Below are positions 9,254-18,598 of a stretch of DNA of 56,055 bases, in pieces; position 1 is the first letter of the stretch, and the number at the start of each line of letters is the position of its first letter. This DNA is from Coprococcus sp. (lineage in GTDB: Bacteria; Bacillota; Clostridia; Lachnospirales; Lachnospiraceae), in NCBI GenBank assembly GCA_051877705.1, contig JBJEJD010000086.1, positions 1 to 56,055 on the forward strand, written 5' to 3'. The notes under the pieces are model-generated. The model did not search any database, had not been told where the DNA came from, and saw only the letters and a program-made list of their open reading frames with translations. The translations under genes were made by a program, and so were the position numbers.

Positions 9254-9577
9254 ATGGATATTATAAAAACATTCTTTCTTATATGTATTATTATATTGAC
9301 CGTGCTTACTTTCTTCTGCCTCATCAGAACGATAAAGGGTCCAAGACTGGCGGACCGTATTGTTGGAACGAATATGATCGGGACGATGACGATTGCTATC
9401 ATTGCGCTTCTGGCAGTTTATCTGGGTGAGAGCAGTATTCTGGATATCTGCCTGATTTATGCTGTAATGAGTTTTGTGGCTGTCATCGTTTTGACAAAAA
9501 TCTATATTGGTATATATAACGGGAAAAAGGAAGAACAGAAAAAAGCAGGGAAGGAGGAGGAACAGAATGAATATTAG
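9254..9577 (+). CDS. mrpF: Multisubunit Na+/H+ antiporter subunit F
   Basis: R.IKGP..ADRIV motif, three hydrophobic segments, LDICLIYA. Confidence 0.88.
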   Translation: MDIIKTFFLICIIILTVLTFFCLIRTIKGPRLADRIVGTNMIGTMTIAIIALLAVYLGESSILDICLIYAVMSFVAVIVLTKIYIGIYNGKKEEQKKAGKEEEQNEY

Positions 9578-9893
9578 TCTGGCGCGTTTTTTTATTGCTG
9601 CCGTTCTGATTATGATCGGTATTCTGATTATGGCCATACAGACCTTTGGTATTTTTAAGCTGCGCTATGTGCTGAACCGTATGCATGCGGCTGCTATGGG
9701 TGATTCCCTTGGTATTTTTATGATTATTATCGGTTTGATCATTGTCTTCGGTATCTCTTATGCTTCATTGAAGTTGTTGACCGTACTTGTTCTTTTCTGG
9801 TTTGCTTCACCGGTCTGCAGCCATCTGCTTGCAAAGCTGGAAGTGTCAACCAATGAAAATCTGGAAGATGAATGTGAGGTGCCGAAGGAATGA
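9567..9893 (+). CDS. mrpG: Multisubunit Na+/H+ antiporter subunit G
   Basis: RMHAAAMGDSLG and SPVCSH motifs; start moved to ATG 9567 after GGAGG. Confidence 0.88.
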   Translation: MNISLARFFIAAVLIMIGILIMAIQTFGIFKLRYVLNRMHAAAMGDSLGIFMIIIGLIIVFGISYASLKLLTVLVLFWFASPVCSHLLAKLEVSTNENLEDECEVPKE

Positions 9894-10153
9894 CGAATCT
9901 TAGAATTATTTTACTTATATTCCTTGTAATCTGTGCGATTGCGGTCAGCTTTTCAAGAAATCTGCTGATTTCAGTTGTTATTTATATGGCCTTCAGCCTG
10001 ATTATGGCCATTGTCTGGCTGATTCTCGAATCCCCGGACCTTGCTATTACGGAAGCGGCTGTAGGCGCCGGTGTGACGAGTATTCTTTTCTTTGTCACTC
10101 TGAAAAAAATCAGGTCTATCCATACGACGGCAGAGGAGGATCAAGATGAGTAA
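9890..10153 (+). CDS. DUF4040/MrpB-related small membrane subunit
   Basis: SPDLAITEAAVGAG motif typical of the MrpA C-terminal/DUF4040/MbhD-like unit. Confidence 0.82.
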   Translation: MTNLRIILLIFLVICAIAVSFSRNLLISVVIYMAFSLIMAIVWLILESPDLAITEAAVGAGVTSILFFVTLKKIRSIHTTAEEDQDE

Positions 10154-11120
10154 ACTGAATCCGAATTATGAAAATAGCTTCTGGCAGCATTTCAGCCAAT
10201 GGGTGCGGGGGGAATATAACCCTATTGACGGCCAGCTGGAGATGAATGCCCCGGATAAAGAGGTGTTCGGTGATGAGAAGATTCACTATGTACATCTCCA
10301 TATTGCAAAAACGCAAAATTATAATGAGCGGATGTTTGAAGAAGGCCTGGCCAGGAATATTCGTCGTTTTACAGGACTTTACAGGCTGCTGGGCGTGCTT
10401 GTCGCGCTGTTCATGATCTGCCTGCTTTTATGGACAGTGAATTATCTTCCTCAGTTCGGTGATCCGAATGCGCCTGAGAATAATGAGGTGGCCGAACGTT
10501 ATATTGAAAAGGGATTGGAGGAGACGGGGGCCGTCAATATTGTTACAGGTATGATCCTTGATTATCGAGCTTTTGATACCTTTGGTGAGTCCTGTGTATT
10601 GTTTGTTGCTTCCTGTTGTGTGCTGGTTCTGCTAAGAGTAGACAAGGATGATGATCCCAATTCGAGAGCTCGTGAAGATATGGACGATCGGCATTATGAG
10701 CCGAAAAATGATACGATTCTTCAGCGGGTAGCGGATTTCCTTGTTCCATTGATCATCATATTTGGTATTTATGTTGTGCTGAATGGCCATATTTCACCGG
10801 GAGGAGGATTCTCCGGCGGAGCTATCATTGGTTCCGGTCTGATCCTATATCTGACGGCTTATGGCTTTGAAAAGACACAGCGTTTTATGAATGAGAAGGT
10901 TGTCAAAACGCTGACGGTATGTGCGTTGACTTTTTACTGCTTTGCGAAAAGTTATTCATTCTATACAGGCGCCAATCATCTTCACAGTGTCATCACACCG
11001 GGCACACCGGGGAATATTCTCAGTGCAGGTCTGATTGTCTATCTGAATATCTGCGTTGGTATCGTCGTTGCCTGTACGATGTATTCTTTCTATACTTTGT
11101 TCAGAAAGGGAGGTATTTAA
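10146..11120 (+). CDS. mrpB: MrpB/MnhB-domain subunit
   Basis: NIVTGMILDYRAFDTFGE and GHISPGGGFSGG motifs. Confidence 0.87.
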   Translation: MSKLNPNYENSFWQHFSQWVRGEYNPIDGQLEMNAPDKEVFGDEKIHYVHLHIAKTQNYNERMFEEGLARNIRRFTGLYRLLGVLVALFMICLLLWTVNYLPQFGDPNAPENNEVAERYIEKGLEETGAVNIVTGMILDYRAFDTFGESCVLFVASCCVLVLLRVDKDDDPNSRAREDMDDRHYEPKNDTILQRVADFLVPLIIIFGIYVVLNGHISPGGGFSGGAIIGSGLILYLTAYGFEKTQRFMNEKVVKTLTVCALTFYCFAKSYSFYTGANHLHSVITPGTPGNILSAGLIVYLNICVGIVVACTMYSFYTLFRKGGI

Positions 11121-11121
11121 T

Positions 11122-11493
11122 ATGGGTTCTTTTCTGACCAATTATGAGGAAGTGGCTGCGGTTATTCTGTTTGTGATCGGTATGGCTAATTTGCTGCTTC
11201 AGCCGAATCTGATCAAGAAGATCATTGGTCTGGATATCATGGATGCGGCTGTTTATCTGTTCCTTGCGGCAAAAGGGTATATTGAGGGAAGGACAGCACC
11301 GATCGTTGTTGACGGTATTCTGGATGCCGAACATTATATCAATCCGATACCGGCCGGTCTTGTCCTGACAGGTATCGTTGTATCTGTCAGTGTCAGTGCA
11401 CTGATGATGGCATTGACTATCAGCCTTTACAGGGAATATCATACGCTGAATCTGGACGAGATCATGATGAAACTCAGAAGGGAGGAAGAATAA
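11122..11493 (+). CDS. mrpC: Multisubunit Na+/H+ antiporter subunit C (NuoK-like)
   Basis: NLIKKIIGL and NPIPAGLVLTGIVV motifs; start at ATG 11122 after GGAGG. Confidence 0.88.
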   Translation: MGSFLTNYEEVAAVILFVIGMANLLLQPNLIKKIIGLDIMDAAVYLFLAAKGYIEGRTAPIVVDGILDAEHYINPIPAGLVLTGIVVSVSVSALMMALTISLYREYHTLNLDEIMMKLRREEE

Positions 11494-12987
11494 ATGGCTT
11501 TTGTTCAGAATTTTCCTTTTTTCTGTATTATCTTATCCATGTTCTCTGCCATTATCTCTTTCGTATTGAATGGCAGAGCTGCCAAATATGTCCATATCGC
11601 CATGGTGACAGCAGTATTAATTCTGTCATTGGCGACTCTTTCCTTTGTAGCGGGCACTGGTGAGAGTTATACATTTATGATGGGTCATTATCCTGCTCCG
11701 TGGGGCAATGAGATCCGTATCGGTGAACTGGAAGCACTGATGGCTGCTTTCTTCAGTCTGATTATGCTGTTGTCTGTATTCGGAGGAATGGCTCATATTG
11801 ACAGAGAGGTTCAGAATTCAAAGAAGAATCTGTTTTATATCCTTCTTGATCTCCTGATGGCTTCTCTGCTGGCTCTGATTTATACGAATGACCTTTTTAC
11901 GGCTTATGTATTTATTGAAATTAATACAATTTCAGCCTGCGGTCTGATCATGATCAAGAAACAGGGCCGTACCTATGTATCGGCCATAAGATATATGATC
12001 ATGAGTCTTGTTGGTTCCGGTTTGTTTTTGATCGGTCTGACGCTTTTGTATTGTATTACCGGTCATTTGCTCATGTCTCCGGCTAAGGAGGCTCTGGCTC
12101 AGATTGTGGCAGCTCACAGCTATCAGGTGCCGCTGATGGTAATCATTATACTGATTACTGTCGGTCTTGGGATTAAGAGCGGTCTTTATCCGTTCCATAC
12201 CTGGATCCCTGATGCTTATGGTTATACAACACCGGCTTCAAGTGCCATTTTATCGTCACTGGTTTCAAAGGGATATATATTTCTGCTGATCAAGATCTTT
12301 TACAGAGTGCTTGATTTTGATTCCATCATCAGCAGTCATATGGTCAATATTCTTTTTGTATTTGGTCTGGTGGGCATGATTATGGGCTCTGTTGCGGCTA
12401 TCAAGGAGAATAATATTCGAAGAATGACGGCCTACTCATCTGTTGCCCAGATCGGTTATATCTATATGGGTATTGGCCTTGGCACAACGGCGGGGATAGT
12501 AGCTGCTTTGTTCCATGTTATATCCCATGGAGCTATGAAATCACTGCTGTTTATCAGTATCTCCGGCCTGACGGAAGTATCCGACGGACATTCTGATTTT
12601 AAGTCTTTAAAGGGTGCCGGTTTCAGAAATAAGATTGCAGGTGCCGCCTATACGGTGGGCGCATTGTCCATGATCGGTATGCCTTTGTTAACGGGCTTTG
12701 TTTCAAAATATCTTTTTGCTTCTGCGGCAACAACGGCGGAGAACAAAATGCTGGCAGCATGGATCGTGTTGGCTGTCAGTACGATCCTGAATACGGTTTA
12801 TTTTATGAGAACCGTATTGACGATTTACACACCTGTATCGGCGGAGATGAGAAAACCGCACGGTATGATGCCGTCCAGAATTGAGACGGCGGCAACTTTT
12901 GGGATGATTTTGCTGAATGTGGGCCTTGGCGTTGCCTCACAGCCTGTGATTAAGGCTATAGAGGCAGGACTTGCAATGTTTGGCTGA
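11494..12987 (+). CDS. mrpD: MrpD-like antiporter subunit 1
   Basis: GHYPAPWGNEI, DLFTAYVFIE, KSGLYPFHTWIPDAY, AYSSVAQIGY. Confidence 0.85.
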   Translation: MAFVQNFPFFCIILSMFSAIISFVLNGRAAKYVHIAMVTAVLILSLATLSFVAGTGESYTFMMGHYPAPWGNEIRIGELEALMAAFFSLIMLLSVFGGMAHIDREVQNSKKNLFYILLDLLMASLLALIYTNDLFTAYVFIEINTISACGLIMIKKQGRTYVSAIRYMIMSLVGSGLFLIGLTLLYCITGHLLMSPAKEALAQIVAAHSYQVPLMVIIILITVGLGIKSGLYPFHTWIPDAYGYTTPASSAILSSLVSKGYIFLLIKIFYRVLDFDSIISSHMVNILFVFGLVGMIMGSVAAIKENNIRRMTAYSSVAQIGYIYMGIGLGTTAGIVAALFHVISHGAMKSLLFISISGLTEVSDGHSDFKSLKGAGFRNKIAGAAYTVGALSMIGMPLLTGFVSKYLFASAATTAENKMLAAWIVLAVSTILNTVYFMRTVLTIYTPVSAEMRKPHGMMPSRIETAATFGMILLNVGLGVASQPVIKAIEAGLAMFG

Positions 12988-14477
12988 TGGAGGGACAGAT
13001 CATGTATGTAAATAATTATTTTTTGCTGCTTCCTGTACTTCTGCCGATTATTGCAGGTGTACTGCTGGTATTTCTTAAATTTAAAAAGCGGGAGAGCATG
13101 CTGGCTTATGTTTTTATAGTACTGGCTATCGATCTGGCTTCGGTTATCTGGATTGCGTGTCAGCCTGAAAGCAGTCTGGAATTGAGTCTGTTTGTAATAT
13201 CAAAGGGACTGCATGTCTATTTCCATGTGGATATGCTCTCAAAGATATTTGCATTGCTGGTGGCTTTTGTATGGCTGATGGCGGCCATGGCGGCTTTTGA
13301 ATATATGGGCCATGAAAAGAATGAAGAATTCTTTTTCTGTTTCTATATGATCGTCGGAGGTGTCCTGTCGGCACTTTGCTTCTCAGGCAATCTTTTTACC
13401 ATGTATGTATTCTATGAGCTGATGACGCTGACTTCCATGCCTATGGTTATGCATAGCCTGAGTCATGAGGCTATTATGGCCGGATTGAAATATCTGTTCT
13501 ATTCTGTGGCAGGTGCTTTCATGGTGCTGTTTGGATTCTTCTATTTTGCTGCGGAGGGCAACGGACTTTATTTCGCACCGGGCGGTGTTCTGGATACGAC
13601 GAATCCTTCAGGTGTCATGCTGCTGGCAGTATTTCTGATGATTCTCGGTTTTGGCACGAAAGCGGGCATGTTCCCGATGCATGGATGGCTGCCTACGGCC
13701 CATCCGGTGGCTCCGGCTCCGGCCAGCGCTGTATTGTCCGGTATCATTACGAAAGCAGGTGTTCTTGGCATTATTCGTTCTGTTTATTATATTGCGGGAC
13801 CTGAGATGATCAGAGGAACATGGGTGCAGTATCTGTGGATCGCGCTGACTGTTCTGACCGTATTTATGGGATCCATGCTGGCATATAAGGAGAATGTTCT
13901 TAAAAAGCGTCTGGCCTATTCAACGGTCAGTCAGGTGTCTTATGTGCTGTTTGGGCTTTCTGTTCTGCATCCGGTGGCTTTTGTGGGAGCGATCATGCAT
14001 GTGATTTTCCATTCGCTGGTAAAGAATACTCTCTTTATTTCAGCGGGTGCCATCATTTATAAAACCGGAAGGACAAAGGTCAATGAACTTCTTGGTATCG
14101 GCAAAGAGATGCCGGTGACCATGTGGTGTTTTACGCTGGTGTCCCTTACCCTGGTGGGTATTCCGCCAACAAGTGCTTTTGTCAGCAAATGGTATCTGGC
14201 TACGGGTGCGCTTGCTTCAGAGATTCCGGTTGCTTCCTGGCTTGGTCCGGTGGTACTTCTGATCAGTGCTTTGCTGACAGCTGGCTATCTGCTTACCATA
14301 TCCATCAAAGGGTTTTTGCCGGGCGCAGATTATGATTATTCGAAACTTGTCAACAAAGAGCCGACATGGCTGATGCTTCTGCCGATGATCGTTATGACAG
14401 CACTGGCAGTGATTCTTGGTATCTGGCCGGGCGGACTTATGAATCTGATTACAGATATTGCATCTGCAGTACTTTAG
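12987..14477 (+). CDS. MrpD/NuoL-M-N-like proton-conducting membrane subunit 2
   Basis: KAGMFPMHGWLPTAHPVAPAPASA, RLAYSTVSQ, GIPP..AFVSKW. Confidence 0.85.
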   Translation: MEGQIMYVNNYFLLLPVLLPIIAGVLLVFLKFKKRESMLAYVFIVLAIDLASVIWIACQPESSLELSLFVISKGLHVYFHVDMLSKIFALLVAFVWLMAAMAAFEYMGHEKNEEFFFCFYMIVGGVLSALCFSGNLFTMYVFYELMTLTSMPMVMHSLSHEAIMAGLKYLFYSVAGAFMVLFGFFYFAAEGNGLYFAPGGVLDTTNPSGVMLLAVFLMILGFGTKAGMFPMHGWLPTAHPVAPAPASAVLSGIITKAGVLGIIRSVYYIAGPEMIRGTWVQYLWIALTVLTVFMGSMLAYKENVLKKRLAYSTVSQVSYVLFGLSVLHPVAFVGAIMHVIFHSLVKNTLFISAGAIIYKTGRTKVNELLGIGKEMPVTMWCFTLVSLTLVGIPPTSAFVSKWYLATGALASEIPVASWLGPVVLLISALLTAGYLLTISIKGFLPGADYDYSKLVNKEPTWLMLLPMIVMTALAVILGIWPGGLMNLITDIASAVL

Positions 14478-14491
14478 GAGGGAGGAAAAGT

Positions 14492-15967
14492 ATGTCACCT
14501 TATTTTATTCTTGTACCGATCCTGCTTCCTGTTCTGGCAGGCATTCTGCTGCTGATCTTTCCGATTGAGGATGTTAGAAAGCGGAATATCTGCATTGAGA
14601 CGGTTGTAATTATCAATACACTGCTGACACTCTGGCTGCTTACGCATCGCCCTGCAGAGCGTTTGTATCTGTTTTCTCTGGGAGAGAGTCTGCCGCTGAC
14701 ATTGAATATTGACGGTATGGCTATGTTCTTTGGCGGACTTGTATCCTGCCTGTGGCCTCTGGCTTCGCTGTATGCTTTTGAATATATGCGGCATGAGGAG
14801 AGAGTCAATACTTTTATGGCTTTCTACACTATTACTTATGGTGTAACTCTGGGTGTAGCATTCTCAGGCAATATTATTACCATGTACCTGTTTTATGAAA
14901 CGCTGACGATGGTAACATTGCCGCTGGTTATGCATACCATGACCCGTGAAGCGCGCCAGGCTACAAGAAAATATCTGTATTACATGATTGGCGGTACAGC
15001 CTTTGCCTTTATTGGTATTGTGTTCTACTCGCTGTTCTGCAATAATATCGAGTTTGTCCTGGGTGGTAATCTCGATCTGACCCGGTTGGCAGATCATATG
15101 AATATTGTCCTTCTGGTTTATGTACTGGCTTTCTTCGGATTTGGTGTAAAAGCAGCTGTATTTCCATTTCACGGATGGCTGCCGTCGGCTTCGGTGGCTC
15201 CGACACCGGTTACAGCATTGCTCCATGCAGTTGCAGTCGTTAAATCCGGTGTCTTCGCTATCATGCGTGTCACCTATTTCTGTTTTGGTGCAGATGTGCT
15301 GAAGGGTACATGGGCTCAGGTTCTGGTGGTTATTGCAGCCATGGTGACCATTACCTATGGTTCTACCATGGGTGTGAGAGAAACTCATTTTAAGAGGAGA
15401 CTGGCTTATTCTACCATTAGTAATCTGTCCTATATCCTCCTTGGTGTCACCATGATGTCTCCTTTGGGACTTGTGGCAGGACTCAGCCATATGCTCGTTC
15501 ATGCGATTATGAAGATCAGTGGATTCTTCTGTGCCGGTGCGGTTATGCATCAGACTGAAAAGAACTATGTATACGAACTGGACGGCCTTGGATTTGAAAT
15601 GCCGGTGACCTTTACGGCATTGTTTATATCCGGACTGTCTTTGACGGGTATTCCTCTGTTTGCGGGATTTGTCAGCAAATGGAATATCGTGGAGTCATTG
15701 CTTGAAGACGGCAATATCATTGGCTATGTCGGTGTAATTGTATTGCTGTATTCGGCACTTATGACGGGTATTTATATGATGACTATTATTGTCAGAGCAT
15801 GGTGGCCGCATGTGGGTTATCACAAGGATCAGGTGGAGCCGTTTGAGGATCCGAACTGGCTCATGAAGCTTCCGCTTGTGATCTTTTCAATTGTAACTAT
15901 AGTCATTGGTGTTTATGCACAGCCGATGCTTGATTTTATTCAGAAAATTGCCACAGGGGCACTTTAA
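14492..15967 (+). CDS. MrpD/NuoL-M-N-like proton-conducting membrane subunit 3
   Basis: KAAVFPFHGWLPSASVAPTPVTALLHAVAVVKSG, RLAYST; start ATG 14492 after GGAGG. Confidence 0.85.
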   Translation: MSPYFILVPILLPVLAGILLLIFPIEDVRKRNICIETVVIINTLLTLWLLTHRPAERLYLFSLGESLPLTLNIDGMAMFFGGLVSCLWPLASLYAFEYMRHEERVNTFMAFYTITYGVTLGVAFSGNIITMYLFYETLTMVTLPLVMHTMTREARQATRKYLYYMIGGTAFAFIGIVFYSLFCNNIEFVLGGNLDLTRLADHMNIVLLVYVLAFFGFGVKAAVFPFHGWLPSASVAPTPVTALLHAVAVVKSGVFAIMRVTYFCFGADVLKGTWAQVLVVIAAMVTITYGSTMGVRETHFKRRLAYSTISNLSYILLGVTMMSPLGLVAGLSHMLVHAIMKISGFFCAGAVMHQTEKNYVYELDGLGFEMPVTFTALFISGLSLTGIPLFAGFVSKWNIVESLLEDGNIIGYVGVIVLLYSALMTGIYMMTIIVRAWWPHVGYHKDQVEPFEDPNWLMKLPLVIFSIVTIVIGVYAQPMLDFIQKIATGAL

Positions 15968-15975
15968 GAGGGAGG

Positions 15976-18105
15976 ATGATCGATATGGTTGGTAATAGCT
16001 TACTCTTATTATTGGTTGTCGGCCCTATGGCAGCAGCTATCATCGGATATCTGATTGGCCGGAAAAATAAAACGGCCAGGGATTATTTTGCGGATGCAGT
16101 CACGATCCTTGAATTTATTATTATGGCAGGTTTTCTGTTCGGTTATACTGTTACACAGGATATTTCCCTGTCGCTGCCGGGTGTCTGTGGTATGGGCCTT
16201 TCCTTCCGTCTGGATGGGTTCAGGACCATATTTGCCACAGTGACTTCATTCATGTGGATGATGACCACGATTTTTTCAAAAGAGTATCTGGGACATTCAA
16301 GGAACAGAAATCGATATTACCTTTTTCTGATGATTACGCTTGGCGCGACAATGGGTGTGTTCCTGTCGGATGATCTGTTCACAACCTTCGTCTTCTTTGA
16401 GATGATGTCCATGGCCTCTTATGTATGTGTTGTCCATGATGAGAAGAAGGAAGCCATGTATGCCGGAGCTGTTTATCTGGCAGTGGCTGTCATTGGTGGT
16501 ATGGTAACACTGATGGGACTTTTCATGCTGTACCATATGACCGGTACCTTACAGCTTGATGCGCTGCTTCCGGCCTGTGAAGTCTTATTTGGAGAGCATA
16601 AGGTCTGGTTTTATATCTGCGGCGGCTGTATACTCTTTGGCTTTGGTGCCAAGGCCGGTATGTATCCGCTCCATGTATGGCTGCCGATGGCCCATCCGGT
16701 GGCTCCGGCTCCGGCCAGTGCTTTACTGTCCGGTATCATCACCAAGACAGGTATATTCGGTGTAATCGTTATTTCATCACGCATTTTCCTTCATGATGGT
16801 TACTGGGGATTTGTGATTCTCATGTTTGGTGTTGTGACTATGCTGCTGGGCGGTATTCTGGCCGTCTTCTCCATGGATCTGAAGCGGACGCTGGCATGTT
16901 CTTCCATGTCCCAGCTTGGATTCATCTTCGTGGGTATCGGTATGCAGGGACTGCTGGGCGAAGAGAATGCTCTGGCTGTCAGAGGAACGATGCTGCATAT
17001 GTTCAATCACTCGAATCTGAAGCTGGTACTTTTCATGGCTGCCGGTGTTGTGGTGATGAATCTTCATAAGCTGAATCTGAATGATATCCGTGGATTTGGA
17101 CGCAAAAAACCATTGCTGTTATATACATTCTTAATGGGATCCCTTGGTATCGGCGGTATTCCGTTGTTTAACGGTTATATCAGCAAGACATTGATCCATG
17201 AAAGTATCGTGGAGTATATTGAACTGCTGGAAGAAGGCCACGGCGCTGCTACATTTGCCTTTGCATCGGGCACAGATGCGGTGACAATGTTCAAGGTGAT
17301 TGAATGGCTGTTTATCATTACAGGTGCCATGACGGTAGCCTATATGACAAAGCTGTTTATTGTATTGTTTGTGGAGAAAAATAATGATCCGAAGGTCCAG
17401 GAGGCTTTTGATGCGAAGAAGAACTATTGCAATAAAGTAACGGCAGCGGTACTGGCTGTTACAGCAACCATTCTTCCGATTCTCGGTATGCTTCCGAATC
17501 TGACACTGGACAGGCTGGCTGATATGGGACAGGGCTTTATGTTCGGTGTGTCCCCGCACCATGCCGTTCATTATTTCTCCTGGGTGAATTTAAAAGGAGG
17601 ATTATATTCCATCCTTATTGGCGCATTGATCTATGTGGTTATCATTCGCGGCTGGATGCTGGTTAAGACAAAGGCAGGTGTTACTGTTTATGCAGATCGC
17701 TGGCCGAAGAAGCTGGATCTCCTTGAATTGGTATACAATCCGATCGTCATGGTCATTTTACCGGCCATTGCCGCATTTATCTGTCGATGCATGGACTTCC
17801 TGCTGGATGGTTTGATCCTGCTGGCAAGGAAGACGACTCACCGTCAGCTTCACGGCGGCAAGATGCCTCCGAAGGGTTACAGACTGTCCTTTGTCCTTGG
17901 AAGCATCTGCAATACTGTAGCATTGTGGCTGAACAAGACTGTACTGAAGAAACATCCTTTAAAGAGAGATTATATTCTTCGTTTTGCAGAAAGGGAGCGT
18001 ATCCTCAAAGATGCCAATAAGGTCATTGTAGCCAGTGTATCCTTCAGTTTGCTGATGTTCGGCATTGGTATGGTGATTACAGTATTGTATCTGTTCCTGT
18101 CATGA
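15976..18105 (+). CDS. Long MrpA/NuoL/HyfB-like proton-conducting membrane subunit 4
   Basis: KAGMYPLHVWLPMAHPVAPAPASALLSG, LKRTLACSSMSQ, GIPLFNGYISK; extended C-terminus. Confidence 0.85.
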   Translation: MIDMVGNSLLLLLVVGPMAAAIIGYLIGRKNKTARDYFADAVTILEFIIMAGFLFGYTVTQDISLSLPGVCGMGLSFRLDGFRTIFATVTSFMWMMTTIFSKEYLGHSRNRNRYYLFLMITLGATMGVFLSDDLFTTFVFFEMMSMASYVCVVHDEKKEAMYAGAVYLAVAVIGGMVTLMGLFMLYHMTGTLQLDALLPACEVLFGEHKVWFYICGGCILFGFGAKAGMYPLHVWLPMAHPVAPAPASALLSGIITKTGIFGVIVISSRIFLHDGYWGFVILMFGVVTMLLGGILAVFSMDLKRTLACSSMSQLGFIFVGIGMQGLLGEENALAVRGTMLHMFNHSNLKLVLFMAAGVVVMNLHKLNLNDIRGFGRKKPLLLYTFLMGSLGIGGIPLFNGYISKTLIHESIVEYIELLEEGHGAATFAFASGTDAVTMFKVIEWLFIITGAMTVAYMTKLFIVLFVEKNNDPKVQEAFDAKKNYCNKVTAAVLAVTATILPILGMLPNLTLDRLADMGQGFMFGVSPHHAVHYFSWVNLKGGLYSILIGALIYVVIIRGWMLVKTKAGVTVYADRWPKKLDLLELVYNPIVMVILPAIAAFICRCMDFLLDGLILLARKTTHRQLHGGKMPPKGYRLSFVLGSICNTVALWLNKTVLKKHPLKRDYILRFAERERILKDANKVIVASVSFSLLMFGIGMVITVLYLFLS

Positions 18106-18200
18106 TATGCGAATATTGGATAGGATTATGGAAGTGCGAAGCACGGAACAATCCGTAAGGCATCTTTATATTATTGTTCAGTGAATATTTAAACGAGAAT

Positions 18201-18253
18201 CCTGATTGCTGTTCTGTTTTTCGGAGAGAAACAGAGCAGTGATCAGGTTTTTT
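18201..18253 (+). terminator. Intrinsic terminator of the Mrp-like operon
   Basis: cctgattgctgttctgttt / aaacagagcagtgatcagg stem followed by T6. Confidence 0.75.
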
Positions 18254-18354
18254 AAATACCATGATAAAATTGAGGGAAATAAGGAAAAAGGGGATTTTTT
18301 CTAAAAAGGTATAAGCACATAAAAGAACTATGTGCTTAAAGAAGAGGAAGGTAT

Positions 18355-18429
18355 ATGAAAAAGATTGCTGTCAACGAGGCTTGGGATTGGTTCCTCATTG
18401 ACAGTTATGAGTATAAAATAGCAATGTAA
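18355..18429 (+). CDS. Candidate 24-aa small ORF (MKKIAVNEAWDWFLIDSYEYKIAM)
   Basis: Purine-rich SD gaagaggaagg before ATG; extended -10 TGaTAAAAT at 18262-18270. Confidence 0.3.
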   Translation: MKKIAVNEAWDWFLIDSYEYKIAM

Positions 18430-18598
18430 ATGTGACTATCATTAAAGTGTAAAAACTTTGTAAATTTTAGGTTCTTGTTCATTCGTTTGTTTTCCGTTTT
18501 GTTTCAGACGTATCAATCCGGTGCAAAACTCACAAAATCCTTCCTTTTTCCTATGGAATGCGGTATAATAAAAGCCAGTAAATTACGGAGGGATAAAT

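Noticed and set aside
8788-18105. Energy-converting hydrogenase or complex I
   Set aside because: No NiFe large/small subunit, NuoH or Fe-S subunit motifs in the operon
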